Of a stretch of 62,046 nt of DNA, positions 39,836-49,352 are shown piece after piece. The notes under the pieces are model-generated. The model did not search any database, had not been told where the DNA came from, and saw only the letters and a program-made list of their open reading frames with translations. The position numbers and the translations under genes were made by a program. How positions within the stretch are numbered: the stretch's first letter is position 1; each line of letters opens with the position of its first letter. The stretch is from an uncultured Parabacteroides sp. (GTDB lineage Bacteria > Bacteroidota > Bacteroidia > Bacteroidales > Tannerellaceae). The DNA is taken from NCBI GenBank assembly GCA_964465405.1, contig CAYXIX010000001.1, positions 1,858 through 63,903 of the forward strand. Direction: 5' to 3'.

Positions 39836-39917
39836 GCCCAGGTGGCGGAATTGGTAGACGCGCACGTTTCAGGTGCGTGTGTCGAGAGGCATGCAGGTTC
39901 GAATCCTGTTCTGGGCA
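39836..39917 (+). tRNA. tRNA-Leu(CAG)
   Basis: GCCCAGG/TCTGGGC acceptor, anticodon loop TTCAGGT, long variable arm, GGTTCGAATCC. Confidence 0.93.
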
Positions 39918-39925
39918 CTTTTCTC

Positions 39926-40009
39926 GCGCAGGTGGTGGAATTGGTAGACACGCTACTTTGAGGGGGTAGTGCCGGTTACGGCGTGTGAGTTCAACTCTCA
40001 TCCTGCGTA
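39926..40009 (+). tRNA. tRNA-Leu(GAG)
   Basis: GCGCAGG/CCTGCGT acceptor, anticodon loop TTGAGGG, variable arm, GAGTTCAACTC T-arm. Confidence 0.92.
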
Positions 40010-40018
40010 CTTTTGTAG

Positions 40019-41405
40019 TCAATCATCTAAAATTGGTAAATTAGATGATTGATTTTTTTGTGAAATGATCCAGACGTTTGCTAAGTTTCCATTTACAATC
40101 TGTTTCCAGATGCGCAGTAGATAGTAGGCCAAGTGCGTAAGACCAAAAATGAAAGAAATTGTTAATAGACGTTTGCTGGCTTCCCATCCTATTGTTTGCT
40201 GATGCCATAATCCTGTAATTACACAAAGAATGGATAATGTGACACCAATCATATTTAATGCCCTTTCTCCTTGCCGGTGGGGATGGTTGCATTCCAATTT
40301 ACTGTGACGAATGCCATAACAAGCGTATATGTCGAGTCCGATTAACATCCATAAGACCAAACGTATCCAAGTATCAGAGGGAGAAAGAGCATCATGCATA
40401 AACACGTGAGGATGCCTGCTATTGGGACGAAAGGTACAAATGGCGTTTTGAATGTCTGTGAACATTTGGCATTGTTTTTCTTACGATTAAAACCCCTGCA
40501 CATACCAACGTGAACGCAAACAGCGTCCCAATACTTGTTATCTCACCGGCTAATCGTGCCGGAACAAAAGCGGCAAGTAGTCCGACCAATACCATAAAAA
40601 GCAAATTACTATATGCTGGTGTTCGAAATTTTTCGTGAATACGGGAGAAAAAAGGAGGAAGTAGCCCATCATGGCTCATGCTGAGGAAAACACGACTTTG
40701 CCCTAAAAGGGTAACTAAGATGACAGAACAATAACCAAAGAGGATTGCCAGTACAATTGCTTTGTTTAGCCATGGGTAATCAGGCTGGATGTTTCCTGAA
40801 GCGTCTTCTGCATTACCCATCTACTCAATGGCGATAGCAACGGGTGCGATGCCTTCATGACCGCCAAATTGAGTGTAAGAACTACTCCTGTCATGACATG
40901 TGCAAATAAAGATGTACAAAACCGTACAAACAAGTAGCGAGACCAGTATGCCTATCGGCATGTCCCGTTTGGGATGTTTGGTTTCCTGCGCTTCAGTACT
41001 GACCGTGTCAAAACCCAGAAAGGCAAAAAAGACAATCGCTGCGCCACGTAGTACGCCGGAAAAACCAAATTCGCCTAATGTCCCGGTGTTGGCCGGGATA
41101 TTGATGATTCCGCCGTCTCATGGGCAAGCAGTGAATGCTTCAGGTAAATGGATGCCATATCCATCCATGAAGACGACCAGATAACGGCTCCAACTGATGC
41201 TTACCGTTGTTGCCACCACAGTATATTCCAACACTAAATCCCATCCGATAATCTAAGCAATCAGCTCGCCCATTGTCGCATAAGAATACGTATAGGCACT
41301 ACCTGCAACCGGAATCATAGAAGCAAATTCAGCGTAACAAAGCCCTGCGAAACAACAACCAATGGCAGCAATGACAAACGAAAGCGTGATGGCCGGTACT
41401 GTGTA
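40019..41405 (-). pseudogene. Degraded APC-superfamily amino acid permease
   Basis: Fragments [47 protein letters not shown] and DTWIRLVLW lie in different frames; in-frame stops at 41253-41255, 41118-41120 and 40821-40823; no 5' end. Confidence 0.85.
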
Positions 41406-41448
41406 TTTGGGGTGCAAAGATAGGGATTACGCTGTGGATATCTAAGTG

Positions 41449-42183
41449 TCATGTATGGATGGGAAGTCGTTTCCATACGAAAGCCGGTATGAGTTTCCAA
41501 GCAGCGACCAACAACGAATAATGCCAATCGATGATTACCCGCCGTTTTTTCTTGCGGATAGCCTTTACGATGCGGCGGGCCACATATTCGGGCGCCATTT
41601 GCATCGGGTAGCGTCCGTCCCGCAAAAGGTCTGTATGCACAAATCCGGGTCGGATATCCGTAAAAATAATCGGGTGTTTTTCCATGACAGCCAATTGTTC
41701 GAGGGCATCCAGATATAGGTTTTGAAAACGTTTGGTTGCGGAATAAGCAGGAGCGGCCCCCAAACCTTTTGTTCCGGCAATGGAGCTGATGACGGCCAGT
41801 TGTCCGTTCCCTTGCCCGCAAAAATAGCGGTAAGCTGCTGTCACCATGCGGGTAAAACCTTCAGCATTGGTTTGTACAGTCACTATTTCGATAGTGGGGT
41901 CTAATTTTAGATTTTGACTCCCGATGCCGGAACTGAGCAAAAATACGTCCATGCCCCCTGTTTTTTGGATAAGTTTTTCTAATCGCAAGGGAGCATCCGC
42001 ATGTGTGACATCTATTTCCTCAGCCTCGATTTGTTCGGGGAACTCCTGCCGCAATGCTTCCAGCCGGTTGGTACGCCGTCCGGCAATACCGACACGCCAT
42101 CCTTCACGACAATAAAGTCGGGCGACTTCTCGCCCGATACCCGATGTAGCCCCTACAATGATGATTCTTTTTGTATGGTTCAT
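41449..42183 (-). CDS. SDR family oxidoreductase
   Basis: GATSGIG, SSIAG, YSATK, IRPGFVHT. Confidence 0.9.
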   Translation of the reverse strand: MNHTKRIIIVGATSGIGREVARLYCREGWRVGIAGRRTNRLEALRQEFPEQIEAEEIDVTHADAPLRLEKLIQKTGGMDVFLLSSGIGSQNLKLDPTIEIVTVQTNAEGFTRMVTAAYRYFCGQGNGQLAVISSIAGTKGLGAAPAYSATKRFQNLYLDALEQLAVMEKHPIIFTDIRPGFVHTDLLRDGRYPMQMAPEYVARRIVKAIRKKKRRVIIDWHYSLLVAAWKLIPAFVWKRLPIHT

Positions 42184-42211
42184 CTTGAAAAGATTGATTT
42201 GTCTGCATCTA

Positions 42212-43066
42212 TTAACTGCGACAAAATGCCTGACTTACAAATTTTAATACGTCGGGCAGTGCTGTACGCCAATACGTCCATGTATGTCCGCCGTCGCGTA
42301 CGCGGAATTCATGCAAAAGACCTTTCTCGCGCATAATGCGGTGAGCTTCGAAGTTCCCATCCAAGAGCGCATCGTCGTCGCCGCAGTCGATGTAGTAGCG
42401 TATGCGCGGTAAATTGTTTTTGTCTAAAGAGGCAAGCAGGTTCAATACACTGTTTTGTTGCCAATGGGTGTCATCAGGACCGAGCAAGCGCATGAAAAGG
42501 TCTTTATGCGATTCTTTACGCTTTTGTATCATTTCGTCATCGAAAACAGCCGCACTCAAAGGCGCACATGCACAAAACATGTCGGGATGATGGAGACTAT
42601 AAAGAAACGAACCGTAGCCCCCCATCGAAAGTCCGGCAATGGCACGGCCCTCTTTGTCTTTCCGGATGCGGTAAGTCTTTTCCATATAAGGGATAAGCTC
42701 TTCGAAGAACATGTCTTCATAAGGCGCTTTCCCGTCATATTGGTTGATATACCAAGAATCCCATGCGTCCGGCATGACGATAATCATCGGGACAGCCTCC
42801 TGTTTGGCGATGGCCCGGTCGGCAATGGTTTTCATCTGCCCCGTTTGAATCCAGTTGGTTTCATTGTCTGTATAGCCATGTAGCAGGTAAAGAACGGGAT
42901 AATTACGCTGCGACGTGTTATAGTCGGCCGGCAAGTAGATGGAATAAGACACCTTCCGTCCTAATTTTTGGCTATCGAAAGAAAGCGATTCGAGTACGAC
43001 GCTCTGCGCGTTTCCTGCGAGGCCGAGTAGGCACAAGCAGATTAGAAGATAAATTTTGTTTGTCAT
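42212..43066 (-). CDS. Exported alpha/beta-hydrolase (putative esterase, CE1-like)
   Basis: YPVLYLLHG, GLSMGG, DCGDDD, GGHTWTYW. Confidence 0.88.
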   Translation of the reverse strand: MTNKIYLLICLCLLGLAGNAQSVVLESLSFDSQKLGRKVSYSIYLPADYNTSQRNYPVLYLLHGYTDNETNWIQTGQMKTIADRAIAKQEAVPMIIVMPDAWDSWYINQYDGKAPYEDMFFEELIPYMEKTYRIRKDKEGRAIAGLSMGGYGSFLYSLHHPDMFCACAPLSAAVFDDEMIQKRKESHKDLFMRLLGPDDTHWQQNSVLNLLASLDKNNLPRIRYYIDCGDDDALLDGNFEAHRIMREKGLLHEFRVRDGGHTWTYWRTALPDVLKFVSQAFCRS

Positions 43067-43081
43067 AATTTGATATGATTT

Positions 43082-44005
43082 TTAATGAATACTTTGGGTT
43101 TCGGATACCAATTTCCGATATTCGCCCGGCGTATAGCCTACATTTTTCTTGAAAATGCGATTGAAATGTTGCGAATATTGAAATCCCAGCTCGTAGGCGA
43201 TCTCGCTGACGCTTTTGTCCGTTCCGGCAATCAATTCTTTTGCCACTCCGATCAGTTTGTTTTGTATATATTCTTGAGCTGTTTTTCCCGTTTCTTTTTT
43301 GATGAGGTCGCCGAAGTAATTGGAAGAAAGAAATACGCGGTCTGCAAAATACTTGACTGTCGGCAACCCTTCGTTCTGAGGTTTGCCACTTTGGAAGTAG
43401 TTGTCGAGTAACGATTCAAAGCGCCCCAAGATGTCATGATTGGATTCCGTCCGTGTAACGAACTGGCGGTTGTAGAAACGCATGCAATAGTCAAGTAACA
43501 GTTGAATATTCCTTGTTATCAAACGTTTGCTGAGTTTGTCAATCGGGTGTGCCAACTCCAGTTTGATTTTATCCAGACAGTCGAAGATGATTTCTTTTTC
43601 TTCTTCCGAAAGGTGGAGTGCTTCGTTCGAGTTGTAAGAGAAAAACGAATACGATTTGATTTCCTGCCCGAGCGACGTCCCTTTTATCAAGTCCGGATGA
43701 AACAGGATGCCACGCGCTCTCAGCTTCATGCCGTCCGTGATTTCTGTTTCTGCCACTTGTCCGGGAGCGAAACTGACAATGGTACCCTCTTCGTAGTCAT
43801 ATTTTTGTCGCCCGTAACGAATGTCTCCACATTTGATGTCTTTCAAAAAGAGCGCATAGATGCCATAGTTGATAGTGAAACGCAACGGGTAACGGGTGGA
43901 TTCGGCAAGGTCGACGACGCTGACCAACGGGTGCAGGGTTTCAAGTCCGAACATTTGATTATATTGGTCGACAGAATTTAGTTGGATAATTTCATATTCT
44001 TCCAT
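43082..44005 (-). CDS. AraC family transcriptional regulator
   Basis: C-terminal double HTH (LSSNYFGDLIKKETG; SEIAYELGFQYSQHFNRIFKK). Confidence 0.92.
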   Translation of the reverse strand: MEEYEIIQLNSVDQYNQMFGLETLHPLVSVVDLAESTRYPLRFTINYGIYALFLKDIKCGDIRYGRQKYDYEEGTIVSFAPGQVAETEITDGMKLRARGILFHPDLIKGTSLGQEIKSYSFFSYNSNEALHLSEEEKEIIFDCLDKIKLELAHPIDKLSKRLITRNIQLLLDYCMRFYNRQFVTRTESNHDILGRFESLLDNYFQSGKPQNEGLPTVKYFADRVFLSSNYFGDLIKKETGKTAQEYIQNKLIGVAKELIAGTDKSVSEIAYELGFQYSQHFNRIFKKNVGYTPGEYRKLVSETQSIH

Positions 44006-44155
44006 AATAAAGCCAAGAGTGTTTGTTTGCTACAAATGTAAAAAAATATCCGGAGTGTGCGAATTAAAAATGTATAAACTGTAATTCCATTATTTATCCT
44101 TGTGCTAAATTCATTTGTCTTTCGTATAGTTGGATTTGCCCGCCGGGTAATTTGG

Positions 44156-44254
44156 AGTATCACAACTTACGCACAAGAGCACAAAGTTTTGGTGGCCTAT
44201 TTTTCGGTGACGGGTACGACAGCAGGTGTCGCAAAAGAGTTGGCACGTGTGTGA
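44156..44254 (+). pseudogene. Remnant of a flavodoxin-like gene
   Basis: Translates SITTYAQEHKVLVAYFSVTGTTAGVAKELARV*, containing the flavodoxin FMN-phosphate loop; no start codon and an early stop. Confidence 0.65.
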
Positions 44255-44477
44255 CGACCGTGCAGCGTTTCTCTTTTTTCTGCCGTCATTTAATAAAAAG
44301 GCAAAAAGATCAGGTTATCATCGCACCAGATGGTTAAAATATATATAAATGATTGGAAGCTATTTGGAAAGCGTTATTTTTGTAAATAAAACAGATTGAT
44401 TTGGCGAGGAGAAAATTAAACTTCTCCTTGCAATTTCAGTCTAAACAGTAGGAATACAAAAAAGAGGAGAAACAAAT

Positions 44478-45779
44478 ATGAAACACTTGAAATTAACATC
44501 TTTGCTTGCGATGCTTCTGGTGGCATTCACTGCTGTCGGCCAGGAGGAATTCTTTGATGATGTCTATTTCTCTTCTGACAAGAATGATAAAAAGGAGCAA
44601 AAGGAAGAGAATGTGATACAACTCCAAGAAGAAAAGAACGTGGAAACACTTTCTTCCACTTATACGACGAGCAATCGGATAGAGACAGTTCTGGATAATG
44701 AAGAATGGGATGTCGACGCCTACAACCGTCGTTATGAGGATGAGTACTACGTTGAGGACGAGGATTTGCTCGATGGTGAAGTTTGGGCGGAATATAATGA
44801 TGATGCTGACACGGTGATTATTAGTTCTGATGACGAACGGCGTTCCGATTTGGAGTACACGGAGCGTATCGTCCGTTATCATTCTCCCAGTAAGATTACA
44901 ATCACAGGAGCCGACGCTGTAAATCTTTATTTGGACGAGGGTTATTATGCCTATGGGTATGATACGGATTATACAGATGGCAATGTCAACGTAAATATCA
45001 ACGTAGACATGGGATATGGCGGTTGGTATGATCCTTGGTATTGGAGTTGGTATTACCCGTGGTACTATCGTTGGTACAGCCCTTGGTATTGGAGCAGTTG
45101 GTATGATCCTTGGTATTGGGGCCCATCTTGGGGCTTCGGCTGGGGCTGGGGTGGATTCTATGCCGGTTATTGGAGCGGTTTCTACGCAAGGTATTGGCAT
45201 GGTGGTGGCTATTGGGGGCATCATCATTATTATGCACCGTCGCGCCATCATTACGCATCCGGTCTGCGGACTTCAGGTTCGGGCGGACGGAGCGCAGCTT
45301 ACCGTTCTTCGGGTTCTCGTAACGCAGTGGCCAACAGTACGCGCTCGGCGGGGAGAAGTAGTGGTTCGCGTTCAGCTACGTCGCTTAGGAGTAGCGATAC
45401 CCGTTCGTCGGCATCTTCGTTGCGGTCATCGTCCGGCACGAGTGTACGTAGCGGACGGACGTCAACTACCAATAGAAGCAGTGTAAGTGGAAACAGCCGC
45501 TCATCGGTTTCTTCGAGTAATCGTACACGTATCACCCGCGAGAATGGGATAACCAATTCGCTCAGTTCCAATTCGTCATCGAGTAGAAGCTCCAGTTCTC
45601 GCTCGTTCAACAATTCGTCTAACAATACGACACGTTCGCTTAGTTCATTCGGGACTTCAAGAAGCAGCGGAAGTAGTTCGAGTTTTACACCATCCAATAG
45701 TGGAAGTCGTTCGAGCGGCAGTATTAGTGGTGGCGGAAGCTCGGGAGGAGGACGTTCAAGTGGCGGTCGTTCGAGATAA
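44478..45779 (+). CDS. Exported hypothetical protein with W/Y/P-rich repeats and Ser/Arg/Gly-rich tail
   Basis: Signal peptide, DDVYF, DVDAYNRR, ERIVRYHSP; repeated WYxPWY; low-complexity C-terminus. Confidence 0.75.
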   Translation: MKHLKLTSLLAMLLVAFTAVGQEEFFDDVYFSSDKNDKKEQKEENVIQLQEEKNVETLSSTYTTSNRIETVLDNEEWDVDAYNRRYEDEYYVEDEDLLDGEVWAEYNDDADTVIISSDDERRSDLEYTERIVRYHSPSKITITGADAVNLYLDEGYYAYGYDTDYTDGNVNVNINVDMGYGGWYDPWYWSWYYPWYYRWYSPWYWSSWYDPWYWGPSWGFGWGWGGFYAGYWSGFYARYWHGGGYWGHHHYYAPSRHHYASGLRTSGSGGRSAAYRSSGSRNAVANSTRSAGRSSGSRSATSLRSSDTRSSASSLRSSSGTSVRSGRTSTTNRSSVSGNSRSSVSSSNRTRITRENGITNSLSSNSSSSRSSSSRSFNNSSNNTTRSLSSFGTSRSSGSSSSFTPSNSGSRSSGSISGGGSSGGGRSSGGRSR

Positions 45780-45865
45780 GGAGTTATTTAAGTGTGTAAC
45801 GAAAGGGAGGACATGATTCTTTGCGTGTCCTCTCATTATAAATGAAATAAGGAACATAATAATAT

Positions 45866-47506
45866 ATGAAGAAAAAAGTTTGTTTGGGAGTTGCCATCGT
45901 ATCGCTCTGGTCGGTCGGTACCGTGTATGCGCAAGGAGAAATAGATGCTTACAAGTTCTCTCAGTCGGAGTTAAGCGGAACAGCCCGTTATATGAGTATG
46001 GGAGGAGCATTTGGCGCGTTGGGAGGTGATATTTCTGTTATGGGAGCTAATCCTGCCGGTTTGGGGATTTACCGCAGTTCGGAAATCGTGACAACGTTAA
46101 GCGTGTCGTCCGTCAAAACAAACACAAATTGGGAAGGGACGACAATGGGGGAAAGTAAGACGAAATTTAATTTTGACAATATTGCGTATGTGGGTTATTT
46201 CCCGACTGGGAACGACGAGGGGTTGGTTGGCTGGAACGTAGGGTTTTCCTATAATCGGGCAATGAGCTTCAATCGTCGTTATCAAATGGGACGAGGGGCC
46301 GGTGGCTATTCGTTGTCTGACTATATTGCCGCGATTACGAATCGAGACGGAGCGACGGGAAACGATCTTTTGTCTTCTGATTCTTATGACCCCTATATGA
46401 GCCAAAATTGGCTTTCAGTACTTGGGTATGATTCCTATATCATCTCTTCTGCTAATCCGTCTCAGGCAGGAGGCTTTTACAGTTCTTTTGGTGAAAATGA
46501 TAACCTGTGGGATGTGCAACAAGCTGATTTGTTTGTGCACGAGACAGGTGCTATTGACAAGTATAATTTCTCGTTGGCTACCAATATTTCCAATACGGTT
46601 TTTATCGGGGCGACATTGGCCGTAACGGATTTGAACTATCATCTGACCTCTATCTATGATGAAGATTTTGGTTATGGTGAAGGGGAAATAACAAGCGACC
46701 ATCTGTATTGGGACAATTATTCTTCTGTTGACGGGACGGGATATGCATTTAATTTGGGGGTTATCGTCCGTCCCTGCGATTTGTTGCGCATTGGTGTTGC
46801 CTATAATTCACCGACGTGGTATAAGATAACGGATTATCATACGGCAGAAGCCGGTGCTACTATCAACGGTTATGAAGGAGTGCTGGATGTGAATAGCAAT
46901 GTGTCAACGCCGGGAGGCGCTTATACGGAATATCGTTTGCGCACGTCGGATCGCTGGATTTTCAGTGCAGCTGCCATTATCGGACAGACGGCCCTTATCA
47001 GTGTAGACTATGAACTTTCCCGTTATAATTCAATGTACCTTTCCGCTTGGAATGGGTACGATTGGAGCGGTGACGGGTTGTATGACAATGAATATATCAA
47101 AGAGGATTTCGGCATCGGCAGCATGCTGAAAGTAGGAGCAGAAATCAAGGTGACACCACAGTTTGCAATCCGTTTTGGGGGAGCTTGGCAAAATACGCCG
47201 GTGAAGAGTGGTTTATTGTATAATGAAAGCGACGGCGTAGAGTCTTTGGTCGAGATTTCCACAGCAAGTACGCAGACAGCTTATACGATAAGTCGCAATA
47301 TAGGTTATGCTACGTTTGGATTGGGATATCGCTTCACTCCGAATTTTTATGCGGATTTGGCGTGTGTTTATCGGATTCAAAAAGAAGATGCCTATCCCTT
47401 TTCCAATGTATTCGACGGCAATGGATCGTCACTTGTGGAATCAATTCCGGCCTCGTTAAAGACGAATACGACTAAAGTTGCCCTTACGTTGGGTTATAAG
47501 TTTTAA
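45866..47506 (+). CDS. Outer-membrane FadL/OmpP1/TodX-like transporter
   Basis: GTARYMSMGGAFGALGGD, NPAGLG, C-terminal TLGYKF. Confidence 0.8.
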   Translation: MKKKVCLGVAIVSLWSVGTVYAQGEIDAYKFSQSELSGTARYMSMGGAFGALGGDISVMGANPAGLGIYRSSEIVTTLSVSSVKTNTNWEGTTMGESKTKFNFDNIAYVGYFPTGNDEGLVGWNVGFSYNRAMSFNRRYQMGRGAGGYSLSDYIAAITNRDGATGNDLLSSDSYDPYMSQNWLSVLGYDSYIISSANPSQAGGFYSSFGENDNLWDVQQADLFVHETGAIDKYNFSLATNISNTVFIGATLAVTDLNYHLTSIYDEDFGYGEGEITSDHLYWDNYSSVDGTGYAFNLGVIVRPCDLLRIGVAYNSPTWYKITDYHTAEAGATINGYEGVLDVNSNVSTPGGAYTEYRLRTSDRWIFSAAAIIGQTALISVDYELSRYNSMYLSAWNGYDWSGDGLYDNEYIKEDFGIGSMLKVGAEIKVTPQFAIRFGGAWQNTPVKSGLLYNESDGVESLVEISTASTQTAYTISRNIGYATFGLGYRFTPNFYADLACVYRIQKEDAYPFSNVFDGNGSSLVESIPASLKTNTTKVALTLGYKF

Positions 47507-47532
47507 GCGGGAAAAAGATAGCGTTTGTCTCA

Positions 47533-47580
47533 AAAAATCCCCTGTTCGTACAAAAAAGAGGCGAATAGGGGATTTTTCTT
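47533..47580 (+). terminator. Terminator after the outer-membrane protein gene
   Basis: AAAAATCCCCTGTTCG...CGAATAGGGGATTTTT. Confidence 0.75.
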
Positions 47581-47722
47581 TGAGAAAAAGAAAGAAATAT
47601 TTGGCTATGTAAAATATTTCTTGTTCTTTTGTCCATGTGAACGAATAACAAAATGTCTAACAATTAAAATTTTATTGCCTATAGCATAACATTACTCGAT
47701 AAAAACTAAAAATATAGAAGTA

Positions 47723-48316
47723 ATGAAAACGTTGAAAATGATGACTGACGAAAAGTTGGTCGTACTTTATGCAGAAGGTGATAACGCTGCTTTTGATGTT
47801 TTGTTGGAGCGCTACAAAAGTAGGTTGTATTCTTATATTTATTTCATTGTCCATAATAAAGATCTCACGGAGGATATTTTCCAAGAGACTTTTATGAAAG
47901 TAATCATGACGATTAAACAGGGTCGTTATACGGAAAACGGCAAGTTTAAAGCATGGATTACGCGAATTGCCCATAATTTGATTATTGATAATTACCGTCA
48001 GGAACGGAATGAGAATATGGTGTCGAATGATGAGGTCGAAGTGGATTTGTTCAATAACATAAAACTCTGTGATGAGACGATTGAAGACCGCCTTGTGCGT
48101 GATCAGGTTTTGGCTGACGTAAAGAAGCTGGTGAAACATTTGCCGGCCAGCCAGCGCGAGGTGCTGGAAATGCGTTATTATCAGGATTTGAGTTTTAAGG
48201 AGATTGCTGATATTACGGGGGTAAGTATCAATACGGCATTAGGGCGGATGCGTTATGCCATATTGAATATGCGTCGGATGGCAGAAGAGTACAACATTGA
48301 ACTGTCAATGGCGTAA
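47723..48316 (+). CDS. ECF-type sigma-70 factor
   Basis: Region 2 (EDIFQETFMK...WITRIAHN) and region 4 (LSFKEIADITGVSINTALGRMRYA). Confidence 0.93.
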   Translation: MKTLKMMTDEKLVVLYAEGDNAAFDVLLERYKSRLYSYIYFIVHNKDLTEDIFQETFMKVIMTIKQGRYTENGKFKAWITRIAHNLIIDNYRQERNENMVSNDEVEVDLFNNIKLCDETIEDRLVRDQVLADVKKLVKHLPASQREVLEMRYYQDLSFKEIADITGVSINTALGRMRYAILNMRRMAEEYNIELSMA

Positions 48317-48402
48317 TCCGCACGCATTTATTTTTTTGTTTATGCAATAAGCAGGCAGGTTGTCCGTTTTAAAGACAGAACAAATTTAAAACGGAATTGC
48401 CT

Positions 48403-48570
48403 ATGAAGAGACTTTCTACGCGATGTGTAAATGAAACAGACCGGAATCGGAAAGAAGAGGCAGAGCATGTGCCGTGTCGTCAGACACTTGCTTTTTTAGC
48501 TCAATTTGCGCGGGTTTATCATGTAGAACCTGCTTTACGTCCGGAATTTTGTGGTTTGGTTTTGAACTGA
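48403..48570 (+). CDS. Small protein (55 aa) downstream of ECF sigma, not in the ORF track
   Basis: ATG 48403 to TGA 48570: MKRLSTRCVNETDRNRKEEAEHVPCRQTLAFLAQFARVYHVEPALRPEFCGLVLN; immediately followed by a terminator. Confidence 0.7.
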   Translation: MKRLSTRCVNETDRNRKEEAEHVPCRQTLAFLAQFARVYHVEPALRPEFCGLVLN

Positions 48571-48577
48571 AAAATTT

Positions 48578-48613
48578 AGAGACACGAACTTGGTGGGGTT
48601 CGTGTCTTTTTTT
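48578..48613 (+). terminator. Terminator after the sigma/small-ORF unit
   Basis: AGAGACACGAACT...GGTTCGTGTCTTT followed by a T-run. Confidence 0.8.
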
Positions 48614-48639
48614 ATTTTTGCCACACGAATAAGAAAAAG

Positions 48640-49290
48640 ATGAAACATAAAATAGCGCCTTCGTTGTTGTCTGCTGATTTTTTGCATTTGCAAGAAGAGG
48701 TGGAGATGATTAATCAGAGTGATGCAGATTGGTTGCATTTAGATATTATGGACGGTGTGTTTGTCCCTAATATCTCTTTCGGTTTTCCTGTCTTGGAAGC
48801 GATTAAGCCGATTTGCCGGAAACCGATGGATGTCCACCTGATGATTGTGGAACCGCAGAAATTTATTCGGGGAGTGGCTGCTACGGGAGCTTACATGATG
48901 AATGTGCATTATGAAGCCTGCACGCATCTGCACCGGACGGTTGCTGCCATCAAGGAAGCCGGAATGAAAGCAGGCGTAACGTTGAATCCGCATACGCCCA
49001 TCTCGCTGCTGGAAGACATCTTGCAGGATGTGGATATGGTGTTGCTCATGTCCGTTAATCCGGGATATGGCGGACAGCGGTTTATCGAACATTCGGTGGA
49101 GAAAACAGCCCGTTTGAAGGATATGATATTGGCAAAAGGATTGGATACGTTGATTGAAGTCGATGGGGGAGTGAATTTGCAGACGGCGCGTCGGTTGCTG
49201 GATGTCGGTGCGGATGTTTTGGTGGCTGGCAGTTTCGTTTTTTGCGCTGCCGACCCGATTCAAACGATTCAGGAGCTGAAAAATTTGTAA
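48640..49290 (+). CDS. rpe: Ribulose-phosphate 3-epimerase
   Basis: IAPSLLSADF, HLDIMDG, DVHLM, MSVNPGYGGQ, EVDGG. Confidence 0.96.
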   Translation: MKHKIAPSLLSADFLHLQEEVEMINQSDADWLHLDIMDGVFVPNISFGFPVLEAIKPICRKPMDVHLMIVEPQKFIRGVAATGAYMMNVHYEACTHLHRTVAAIKEAGMKAGVTLNPHTPISLLEDILQDVDMVLLMSVNPGYGGQRFIEHSVEKTARLKDMILAKGLDTLIEVDGGVNLQTARRLLDVGADVLVAGSFVFCAADPIQTIQELKNL

Positions 49291-49352
49291 GCCGACCTGA
49301 TTGGGCTCCGATGTGGAGCTGATTTCATTTATTCCAAACAAAACCCCATACT

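Noticed and set aside
39573-40022. ORFs 39573..40022(-) and 39745..39969(+)
   Set aside because: They overlap the three tRNA genes and are spurious.
40019-41405. Stop-codon recoding (TGA/TAG read as Trp) in the permease
   Set aside because: Both stop types occur along with frameshifts and deletions, and other genes in the window use TGA and TAG as normal stops; ordinary pseudogenisation explains it.
39714-44340. Genomic island integrated at the tRNA cluster
   Set aside because: No integrase, no duplicated tRNA 3' end (att site) seen, and no mobile genes downstream.
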